Source of the DNA: Clostridia bacterium
Lineage (GTDB): Bacteria > Bacillota > Clostridia > Lutisporales > Lutisporaceae
Reading direction: 5' to 3'
Assembly: GCA_029256365.1 (NCBI GenBank)
Contig: JAQSYB010000002.1
Location: forward strand, 1 to 38,664
DNA length: 38,664 bases
The notes below the pieces were generated by a model. It saw nothing but the letters and a program-made list of their open reading frames with translations, searched no databases and was not told the origin of the DNA. This document shows, one piece after another, positions 9,117 through 17,019 of the stretch; positions within the stretch are counted from its first letter, which is position 1; each line of letters begins with the position of its first letter. A program made the position numbers and the translations under genes.

Positions 9117-9793
9117 TTACACTTGAAGCTGTGATATTTGATATGGATGGAGTTTTAACAGAAACCAGTCGACAGCACTATTTGGCATGGAAACAGCTTG
9201 CCCGAGATTTGGGTTTCGACATTTCAGAGGCTATCAATGAGCAAGTAAAGGGAATATCCAGGCTGGAGTCCTTAGAAATCGTTTTAAGCGCTGGCGGAAT
9301 GGGTGAAAGATTTTCAGAAGCCGAAAAAATTGAGCTGGCAGATAAAAAGAATCTAATATATCAATCTCTAATTAAAGAATTTACAAAGGAAAATCTTTCG
9401 GTAGGGGCTTTAGAACTCTTGACCTCTTTAAAAAGCAACAATATAAAGATTGCCTTGGCATCGGTATCCAAGAATGCTCAGTTTTTATTGGAGGCGATGG
9501 AGATAAGTAGTTATTTTGATGTGATCGTAGATCCAAGAGAAGTGAAGCACGGTAAGCCGGCACCGGATATATTTCTGATGGCGGCAAAGATGCTGGGAAT
9601 AAAGCCAAAAAGCTGCATAGGCATTGAGGATGCATTTGCAGGGGTTGAATCCATCAAGAGTGCAGGGATGCAGCCAATAGGCATTGGCAGCAAAGCTCAT
9701 CTTTATAACTGCAATCATGTTTATTCAAGTCTAACTGAAATAAATATTGATACCATAAGAAAAATAATATATGAAACTGAATGTTGCCAGTAA
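9113..9793 (+). CDS. pgmB: Beta-phosphoglucomutase (HAD superfamily)
   Basis: N-terminal FDMDGVLTET (DxDG nucleophile motif), KGKPAPDIF and EDAFAGVESIKSAGM. ATGA start/stop overlap with the GH65 gene. Confidence 0.88.
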   Translation: MITLEAVIFDMDGVLTETSRQHYLAWKQLARDLGFDISEAINEQVKGISRLESLEIVLSAGGMGERFSEAEKIELADKKNLIYQSLIKEFTKENLSVGALELLTSLKSNNIKIALASVSKNAQFLLEAMEISSYFDVIVDPREVKHGKPAPDIFLMAAKMLGIKPKSCIGIEDAFAGVESIKSAGMQPIGIGSKAHLYNCNHVYSSLTEINIDTIRKIIYETECCQ

Positions 9794-9809
9794 TTTGTTA
9801 CTGGCTTTT
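9786..9809 (+). terminator. Rho-independent terminator of the GH65 operon
   Basis: 8-bp stem gccagtaa / ttactggc spanning the pgmB stop codon, 4-nt loop, then TTTT. Confidence 0.6.
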
Positions 9810-10046
9810 AAATTTCACGGCTATTTTTTATAGTTGTCTCATATATATAGAATAAGCCTAAACTTTAGAAAAATATTTTTCAGATTTTTCAGAAATAATT
9901 TTGAGGGTCTGAAGGATTTTACGAAGAAATGCCGTATATTAAAATATGTAAATTGAAATTAAAAACACCCATGGCAGGGATTGTCTGTCATGATGATTTT
10001 TAATGATCAATTGCTGCGTCATTTATAAATAACGTAAATGAAATTC

Positions 10047-10078
10047 GGCAAAAAGGCTAGTCCTTTTTGCCTTTTTTT
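10047..10078 (+). terminator. Orphan Rho-independent terminator about 50 nt upstream of the peptide-permease start (attenuator or end of a small transcript)
   Basis: 10-bp stem ggcaaaaagg / cctttttgcc, 5-nt loop, then seven T. No annotated gene ends here. Confidence 0.7.
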
Positions 10079-10129
10079 ATTTTATAAGGCATTTTGGCTG
10101 CTTGCATATCAATATTGGAGGTGCTGTGC

Positions 10130-11047
10130 TTGATAAAATACGTGATAAAAAGATTGTTTATATCAATTATTACAGTTTGGCTTCTTGCAACTATCGTATT
10201 TTTTCTTATCAGAATATTGCCGGGAGATCCATTCTCCGGGGATAAGATTACTCCTCAAATCAAGGAAAGTATGATGAAATATTATGAGCTCGATAAACCT
10301 TTACCGGTTCAATATGCAAAATATATGAAAAATCTACTTCAGGGAGAAATGGGATATTCTCTAAGATATAAGAACAGGACTGTGAATCAGGTCATAGCAG
10401 ATGCTTTTCCAAAGTCTGCAGATCTGGGGATTAGAGCACTTTTGCTTGCGATTCCGATTGGAATTCTGCTAGGTATATTTTCAGCCCTTCATCACAATCG
10501 ACTTTGGGACTATTTGTGTATGATCATCGCGGTGATTGGAGTATCCGTACCCAACTTTATAATAGGTGGAATGCTTCAATATACACTGGCTGTAAAGTTG
10601 AGAATTTTTCCTGTTGCAGAATGGAGAGGTTTTGAATATACAGTACTGCCTTCCATTGCTTTATCCCTAGGAACCCTAGCCTTGGTGGCAAGACTGATGA
10701 GAGCAAGCATGCTAGAGATTACAGGGCAGGACTATATCATCACTGCAGAAGCCAAAGGGCTGCCTATGATAAAAATCATATGGAAGCATTTAATAAGAAA
10801 TGCCATATTGCCTGTAGTTACTGTGCTTGGACCCATAGTAGCAGCCGTGGTAACAGGCACCTTTGTCATTGAGCAGATATTTGCGATTCCTGGTCTTGGC
10901 CGTCATTACGTACTGGGAATTCAAAATCTTGATTATACCCTTGTATTGGGTTTAACTATTTTCTTTGGTGCATTTGTTGTATTCATGAATTTTGTTGTAG
11001 ATATCATTTATGGATTGGTTGATCCAAGAATCAGGGTTGCGAAGTAA
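10130..11047 (+). CDS. Oligopeptide/dipeptide ABC permease (OppB/DppB-like)
   Basis: I place the start at TTG 10130, with GGAGGTG at 10117-10123. This gives the canonical N-terminus (M)IKYVIKRLF. The track start at 10094 has no RBS. Confidence 0.88.
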   Translation: MIKYVIKRLFISIITVWLLATIVFFLIRILPGDPFSGDKITPQIKESMMKYYELDKPLPVQYAKYMKNLLQGEMGYSLRYKNRTVNQVIADAFPKSADLGIRALLLAIPIGILLGIFSALHHNRLWDYLCMIIAVIGVSVPNFIIGGMLQYTLAVKLRIFPVAEWRGFEYTVLPSIALSLGTLALVARLMRASMLEITGQDYIITAEAKGLPMIKIIWKHLIRNAILPVVTVLGPIVAAVVTGTFVIEQIFAIPGLGRHYVLGIQNLDYTLVLGLTIFFGAFVVFMNFVVDIIYGLVDPRIRVAK

Positions 11048-11059
11048 GGAGGGGATAGT

Positions 11060-11977
11060 ATGGTTGAGGTTACCAGAGATCTTTTTGAACATATAGGTGT
11101 CGATGAAGGTTCTCAGGATGCAATTAGCAGGCCTAGTATCACATACTGGCAGGATGCTTGGAGAAGGTTAAAGCTGAATAAGGTTGCAATGATAGGTCTT
11201 GTGCTGCTTTCTATCTTCTCGTGCATGGCTATTTTTGGACCTTATATGACGGAGTTTACATATAATGCGAACAATTTGGATTATACCAATCAGCTTCCAA
11301 GTAAGAGTCATTGGTTTGGTACGGATGGACTTGGTAGAGACCTGTGGGCAAGGGTTTGGATGGGTGCCAGAGTATCGCTGTTTATTGGCTTAGCAGCAGC
11401 GGTAATTGAAACCTGCATAGGGGTAATCATTGGAGGTTTATCAGGTTATCTAGGCGGCAAAATTGATATGGTTATTATGAGATTTATCGACATTTTGATT
11501 TCTGTGCCGGATTTAATTTTCATTATTCTAATTATGGTGATTGTTGGGGCAGGAATTTTGCCCATTATCATAGCTTTTGCACTGACTGGCTGGCTTAGAA
11601 TGGCACGTCTGGTTAGAGGGCAGGTGCTCCAGATGAAGGAGCAGGAATTTGTTTTGGCTGCCAAAACACTCGGCGCAGGCACCATGCGATTGGTCTTTCG
11701 GCATTTGATTCCAAATACACTTGGTGTGATCATTGTTACTTTAACTATGGCGGTACCTGGAGCGATTTTTTATGAAGCTTTCTTAAGCTTCATCGGTATA
11801 GGTATAAAGCCACCTCTGGCCAGTTGGGGGCAACTGGCATCCTCCGGAGCAAAGGTATTACAGGTTTATCCTTTTGAACTAATCATACCTGCAATATTCA
11901 TAAGCTTGACGATGCTTTCCTTGAACCTTCTCGGTGACGGGTTGAGAGATGCATTGGATCCGAGATTAAGAAAATAG
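11060..11977 (+). CDS. Oligopeptide/dipeptide ABC permease (OppC/DppC-like)
   Basis: HWFGTDGLGRDLWARV motif and BPD_transp_1 core. AAGGAGGGG RBS. Confidence 0.88.
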   Translation: MVEVTRDLFEHIGVDEGSQDAISRPSITYWQDAWRRLKLNKVAMIGLVLLSIFSCMAIFGPYMTEFTYNANNLDYTNQLPSKSHWFGTDGLGRDLWARVWMGARVSLFIGLAAAVIETCIGVIIGGLSGYLGGKIDMVIMRFIDILISVPDLIFIILIMVIVGAGILPIIIAFALTGWLRMARLVRGQVLQMKEQEFVLAAKTLGAGTMRLVFRHLIPNTLGVIIVTLTMAVPGAIFYEAFLSFIGIGIKPPLASWGQLASSGAKVLQVYPFELIIPAIFISLTMLSLNLLGDGLRDALDPRLRK

Positions 11978-11990
11978 GGAGGTGCTTTGA

Positions 11991-12992
11991 ATGGGAAAAG
12001 AACGAATACTGGAATTAAATGACCTGCATGTTTCCTTCGACACATACTCTGGAGAGGTTCATGCTGTAAGGGGTGTATCCTTTCATTTGGACAAAGGGGA
12101 AGCAATCGCCATAGTTGGTGAATCTGGCTGTGGTAAAAGTGTAACAGCTAAATCTATTATGAAGCTTATACCAATGCCTCCAGGAAGAATCAAAAAAGGA
12201 AACATATTATTTAATGGCAAGGATATCACCAATTATACAAAAAAACAAATGGAAGTCATAAGAGGGTCAGAAATAGGTATGATTTTTCAAGATCCCATGA
12301 CATCCCTTTCACCTACAATGCTGGTAGGCAAACAAATTGCAGAAGGCTTGATACAACATCAGAAACTGTCAAAAAAACAAGCTCACACAAGGTCGATTGA
12401 AATGCTTAGAATGGTAGGTATTCCAAATCCCGATAAAAGAGTGAATCAATACCCACATGAGTTTAGCGGCGGGATGAGGCAGCGGGTCATGATTGCCATA
12501 GCCCTTGCCTGTAATCCTAAGGTGCTGATAGCAGACGAACCGACTACTGCTCTAGATGTTACCATACAGGCTCAAATACTTGATCTGATGAAGGAGCTTA
12601 AGAAGCAGATAGATACTTCAATTATTCTGATAACCCATGACCTAGGTGTTGTGGCAGGAATGGCTGACAGAGTATTGGTGATGTATGCAGGTAAGGTTGT
12701 AGAGTCAGGTAAGGTGGAGGAACTATTTAAGAACCCAAAGCATCCTTACACTGTGGGTTTGCTAAAATCTGTGCCAAGACTAGATCTGGAGAACAAGGAA
12801 GAGCTGATACCAATAAGCGGTACACCACCAGACCTGTTTGCACCTCCTACGGGCTGCGGCTTTGCGGCAAGGTGCGTTTACGCAATGAAGGTATGTTATT
12901 TGCTGCAGCCACAGACGGAAGAATGCGGGGAAGGGCATCATGCTGCCTGTTGGCTTCTACATCAATATGCTCCAGCAGTATCGTGGGTATAA
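11991..12992 (+). CDS. Oligopeptide/dipeptide ABC ATPase (OppD/DppD-like) with a Cys-rich C-terminal extension
   Basis: Walker A GESGCGKS, signature FSGGMRQR, Walker [12 protein letters not shown]. The oligo_HPY-type tail contains [15 protein letters not shown]...EC...AAC. Confidence 0.9.
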   Translation: MGKERILELNDLHVSFDTYSGEVHAVRGVSFHLDKGEAIAIVGESGCGKSVTAKSIMKLIPMPPGRIKKGNILFNGKDITNYTKKQMEVIRGSEIGMIFQDPMTSLSPTMLVGKQIAEGLIQHQKLSKKQAHTRSIEMLRMVGIPNPDKRVNQYPHEFSGGMRQRVMIAIALACNPKVLIADEPTTALDVTIQAQILDLMKELKKQIDTSIILITHDLGVVAGMADRVLVMYAGKVVESGKVEELFKNPKHPYTVGLLKSVPRLDLENKEELIPISGTPPDLFAPPTGCGFAARCVYAMKVCYLLQPQTEECGEGHHAACWLLHQYAPAVSWV

Positions 12993-13024
12993 AAATATTG
13001 TAAATGCAAGGAAGAGAGGTTCTT

Positions 13025-14323
13025 ATGAATACGAAAGAATTGACAGCAATAAATGACAAAGGGCATATTGTTTTTGAGGGCTGCGATGTTGTTGAATTGG
13101 CAAATAAATATGGCACACCTCTTTACGTGGTCAGTGAAAGTGAAATACGAAAGAGATGTAGACGGATTCAGAAATATTTCACAAACAAATATACTGATAC
13201 CCAAGCATTATATGCTAGTAAGGCAATGAGCAGTCTTGCACTCTATAAAATCATTGAGGAAGAAGGCATGGGAATTGATGTAGTATCTGGTGGAGAGTTG
13301 TATACAGCGATTCATGGGGGCTTTCCTGCAGGAAACATCTATTTTCATGGAAACAACAAGACCCCAGATGAGATAAGGCTTGCAATAGACCATAATATAG
13401 GCTGTTTTGTAATAGACAATGAATATGAGATTGATTTGCTTCAAACCCTAGCATTTGAAAAGGGCAAGAAGGTGAAGGCTCTGCTTCGAATCACGCCTGG
13501 TGTCGCTGGTCATACCCATGCATATATTTCTACAGGGCAAGTAGATTCGAAGTTTGGCTTTTCAATTCAGGATGATATGGCATTGAAGGGGATTAAAAAA
13601 GCTTTGGATTGCCCGAATATCCATTTTGCAGGTGTTCACTGTCATATTGGCTCCCAAATTTATCGAACTGAGGCATATGTGGAAGCGGGGAAGGTAATGA
13701 CCACTTTGCTGCAGCGGATAAAACAAGAATTTGGCATTGTGGTGGAAGAGCTGAATATGGGAGGAGGCTTTGGTGTTTTTGATTATGAAGAAAATAAGCA
13801 TGTTGATATCATAGATTTCATTGATGCAATCATGGGCACGATAGAAGAGCAGTGCAGCATCAAAGATATCAACAGACCGAGAATAATCATTGAACCTGGA
13901 AGGTGGATTGCAGCGGAGGCAGGGATAACCCTTTATACTGTAGGAGCGATAAAAGAAATAAAAGGGGTACGCAAGTATGTAAGTGTTGATGGTGGAATGA
14001 CAGACAATCCGAGACACGCACTTTATCAGGCTGTTTATAGGGCTTTTGTAGCAAATAAAGCAGAAGAGCCTAAGACAGAAATCGTGACCATTGCTGGAAA
14101 GTGTTGCGAATCCGGGGACATATTAATTCGGAACTTGAAGGCTCCTGTCATGGAGGCTGGAGATATACTGGCTGTATATGGAACAGGGGCATATAACTAT
14201 TCCATGGCTAGCAACTACAATAGAATGACGAGGCCAGCCCTGATTATGGTCAAGGATGGAAAAGCCAAGGTAACGATTCGAAGAGAGAGCTATGAAGATT
14301 TATTAAGATATGAATTGCTTTAA
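13025..14323 (+). CDS. lysA: Diaminopimelate decarboxylase-like PLP enzyme (fold type III)
   Basis: YASKA (PLP lysine), GGGFG, EPGR, CESGD and GAYNYSMASNYN motifs. ATG 13025 is preferred over 13004 because gaagagagg lies upstream. Confidence 0.8.
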   Translation: MNTKELTAINDKGHIVFEGCDVVELANKYGTPLYVVSESEIRKRCRRIQKYFTNKYTDTQALYASKAMSSLALYKIIEEEGMGIDVVSGGELYTAIHGGFPAGNIYFHGNNKTPDEIRLAIDHNIGCFVIDNEYEIDLLQTLAFEKGKKVKALLRITPGVAGHTHAYISTGQVDSKFGFSIQDDMALKGIKKALDCPNIHFAGVHCHIGSQIYRTEAYVEAGKVMTTLLQRIKQEFGIVVEELNMGGGFGVFDYEENKHVDIIDFIDAIMGTIEEQCSIKDINRPRIIIEPGRWIAAEAGITLYTVGAIKEIKGVRKYVSVDGGMTDNPRHALYQAVYRAFVANKAEEPKTEIVTIAGKCCESGDILIRNLKAPVMEAGDILAVYGTGAYNYSMASNYNRMTRPALIMVKDGKAKVTIRRESYEDLLRYELL

Positions 14324-14375
14324 TATATGAATACCTCAAGTTTTAAGTATTGTGATTTGATGGGGGCGAATAGAT

Positions 14376-15728
14376 GTGGAGCTGGCGATAAACAATGGCT
14401 TGGTAATTGATCCAAAGAACAAGATGCATTCAAAGTTAAATATAGGAATTCGCAAGGGAAAAATAACAGAAATAACACAGAAAACACTGTCTGCTGAGGT
14501 AACAATTGATGCTTCAGGGATGATAGTAGCTCCAGGCTTCATAGACGCTCATATGCATGAAGGGAATTATAACAAGACATCTGACAGAATTGACACAGGG
14601 ATATTTGAATCCATGCTGAAAATGGGAGTTACAACAGGCATCGGGGGGAATTGCGGCTCAGGCCCCGAAGACCCTATTGATTACTTGGATGCAGCAGATC
14701 GTTTGGGCTTGCCAATCCATCTTGCATTGTTGGTACCTCATAATTCTTTGAGGCGTAAAGTAAAGGCAGTTGATAAATATCTTCCTGTAAATATTGCAGA
14801 TATTTATATCATGAGTAAGCAGGCTGAGAATTGGCTGAATTGTGGCTGCATTGGCATATCTTTTGGAATAAGGTATATACCTGGTATAGACAAGAATGAG
14901 CTTCATATCATATCCCAGGCTGCTGTGAAAAGCAGGAAAATAATCGCAGCACATATTAGGGATGATGCAGACATGGTGCTGCCATCCATCGTTGAACTAA
15001 TGGAGATTGCAGATGAATATAAAATACCAGTCCAGATTTCACATATAGGAAGTATGGGTGGTTATGGTCAGATGGATGAAGTTCTATCTTTCATTGATTT
15101 GAACAAGTCAAAGGGGCTTGATGTAGCAGCAGATTGTTATCCCTATTCTGCTTTTAGCACCTCCATAGGAGAAACAACCTATGACGAGGGCTTTTTAGAA
15201 CGATATCACACTTCCTATGACAAAATAGAGATTGCTGACGGACCTTATAGGGGAACCAGATGTAATGAAGAGCTTTTTAAAAAGCTGAGGGCTGAAGCTC
15301 CCGATATCATAACAATAGGGCATGTCATGCAGGAATCAGATGTTGAGAAGGCAATTGCCCACCCCGGAGTACTGATTGGGAGTGATGGTTTTATGTTTGA
15401 GGGTGCAGGGCATCCCCGTGCAGCTGGAACATTTCCAAGAGTTATTTCTGAGTATGTGAATAAGAGGAAGCTGATGAGTCTGAATGAAGCCATAAGCAAA
15501 ATGACATGGCAAACAGCTGAGCGTTTTGGTATACCTGGTGGAGAATTAAGTGTGGGATGCAACGCAGATATCGTAATCTTCGATGAGAAAAAGCTTGAAG
15601 ATCAAGCTACTTTTGAAAATCCTACACTGCCTCCAAAGGGAATAGAATTTGTATTGCTAAATGGAAAAGTAGCAGTTAGGGATGGAAGAATTATAAATCA
15701 TAACCTAGGCAGAGCAATCAGAAAGTGA
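14376..15728 (+). CDS. D-aminoacylase family amidohydrolase (N-acyl-D-amino-acid deacylase-like)
   Basis: GTG start. GFIDAHMHE (HxH), GGNCG, DCYPY and GSDG motifs match the D-aminoacylase branch of the amidohydrolase superfamily. Confidence 0.78.
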   Translation: MELAINNGLVIDPKNKMHSKLNIGIRKGKITEITQKTLSAEVTIDASGMIVAPGFIDAHMHEGNYNKTSDRIDTGIFESMLKMGVTTGIGGNCGSGPEDPIDYLDAADRLGLPIHLALLVPHNSLRRKVKAVDKYLPVNIADIYIMSKQAENWLNCGCIGISFGIRYIPGIDKNELHIISQAAVKSRKIIAAHIRDDADMVLPSIVELMEIADEYKIPVQISHIGSMGGYGQMDEVLSFIDLNKSKGLDVAADCYPYSAFSTSIGETTYDEGFLERYHTSYDKIEIADGPYRGTRCNEELFKKLRAEAPDIITIGHVMQESDVEKAIAHPGVLIGSDGFMFEGAGHPRAAGTFPRVISEYVNKRKLMSLNEAISKMTWQTAERFGIPGGELSVGCNADIVIFDEKKLEDQATFENPTLPPKGIEFVLLNGKVAVRDGRIINHNLGRAIRK

Positions 15729-15731
15729 TGA

Positions 15732-16070
15732 TTATAGCTCGAGAGGCTTACCGCTTTTAAAGTCGATGTATTTCTTTTGTGCATCCTTAAAAGCCACCAA
15801 AATAGCTTTTTGCGAGGAGCCAAGATAGCGCTGGGTAATTTGATTCTTAATGGTTTCGTAATCAGAGGTTATTTTTTCGCCAATCAAGATATCTTTTAAT
15901 ATTTTGTTTGTCAAAGATATAATGGCATTGCACTCTACATCGATAATCTTACTGCTTTCAATTTCTACAACGAAGCCGATAAAGAACTGACCATAGAGCT
16001 GAGTAATTGGATTATTCAGCTGAGATTTTGAATTTCCAACGATATAAAGTGAATTCTCGGGATAATTCAT
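15732..16070 (-). CDS. Small conserved-looking protein of unknown function (possibly DUF3870-like)
   Basis: The only minus-strand gene in the block. GAGGAGG lies 6 nt before the ATG at 16070 (the track starts at TTG 16085, inside the SD). No HTH, TM segment or signal peptide seen. Confidence 0.6.
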   Translation of the reverse strand: MNYPENSLYIVGNSKSQLNNPITQLYGQFFIGFVVEIESSKIIDVECNAIISLTNKILKDILIGEKITSDYETIKNQITQRYLGSSQKAILVAFKDAQKKYIDFKSGKPLEL

Positions 16071-16096
16071 ATTCATCCTCCTCAATAAGCAAGTTT

Positions 16097-16105
16097 ATTA
16101 TATCA
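16097..16105 (-). promoter_or_regulatory. Candidate extended -10 (TGaTATAAT) for the small minus-strand gene
   Basis: The minus strand reads tgatataat about 27 nt upstream of the ATG. The -35 is weak. Confidence 0.35.
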
Positions 16106-16233
16106 ACACTATACAATAAACTATAACAAATTGGTAGTAAATAGGAAGAATAATATTTTAACAAATTAATATGTAAGCGATGCTGTAAAGATGCAAAATC
16201 AAGTGAAATGATACAACGAAAGGTGGGTGTTGA

Positions 16234-17019
16234 ATGATAGAAAAGGTGATAAAAAGCGTATTGGAGACGATGGAGGGAGATTTTTCTATTATACTAAAAG
16301 ATTTGAAAAGTGGTAGGGTGTTATTTGAAAAGAATGCAGACAGACAAGTTCCATCAGCTAGTACGATCAAAATACCAATTATGATAGAAGCTTATAGATG
16401 TTTTTTAGCTGGAAGCTTGGATTTGAATGATAGAATTTCTATTGGCAATGAAAAAAAAGTAGAATTCAGCTTGATTACAGCAATGAACACAGACCACTAC
16501 ACAATAAGAGATTTAATACTTCTGATGATGACGATCAGTGACAACACAGCTACAAATATTCTGATTGAGATTCTAGGGATGGAAAACATAAACAAAATGA
16601 GCAGATCCTTGGGATTAGAGGGTACAATTCTTCAAAGAAAGATGATGGATTTTGAAGCTGCAAAGCAAGGCAGGCAAAATCTAACGGTACCTAGAGAAAT
16701 GTTGATGGTGATGGAAAAACTATATAAGAGTAAGATTCTAACAAAGGCGGCTTGTACTGAGATGTTGAAGATTATGAGCACTGTGGTATGCAGGGATTTT
16801 ATGATACGAGACCTGCCTGAGTATATCAAATGTGCTCATAAACCTGGTGAGTTAGAGGGAGTCAATCACGATGTAGGAATTGTCTTTGCATCAGCAACAG
16901 ATTATGTTCTGGGAATATTCGCCACTAGGCTGAAGGACAATATTTCTGGCAGAAATGATATCGCTCAACTGTCAAGAGTAATATTTGACCAAATAGATAG
17001 GTTAGGAGGACAAGAATGA
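16234..17019 (+). CDS. Class-A beta-lactamase-fold serine hydrolase, no signal peptide (predicted cytoplasmic)
   Basis: STIK (SxxK), SDN and KPG (KTG-like) motifs at class-A spacing. The N-terminus MIEKVIKSVLETMEG is not a signal peptide. Confidence 0.75.
   Translation: MIEKVIKSVLETMEGDFSIILKDLKSGRVLFEKNADRQVPSASTIKIPIMIEAYRCFLAGSLDLNDRISIGNEKKVEFSLITAMNTDHYTIRDLILLMMTISDNTATNILIEILGMENINKMSRSLGLEGTILQRKMMDFEAAKQGRQNLTVPREMLMVMEKLYKSKILTKAACTEMLKIMSTVVCRDFMIRDLPEYIKCAHKPGELEGVNHDVGIVFASATDYVLGIFATRLKDNISGRNDIAQLSRVIFDQIDRLGGQE

Noticed and set aside
9794-10129. Possible T-box or lysine (L-box) riboswitch ahead of the peptide/lysA-like operon
   Set aside because: I could not find the conserved T-box sequence or the GC-rich L-box helices. 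The region is AT-rich with little structure apart from the terminator. I kept it only as an unexplained leader.
13562-14017. 151-aa minus-strand ORF inside the decarboxylase gene. The same applies to 17591-18010, 22360-22782, 18287-18652 and 8748-9110.
   Set aside because: All are antisense to CDSs with strong family motifs. They lack RBSs and have skewed composition, so I treat them as shadow ORFs.
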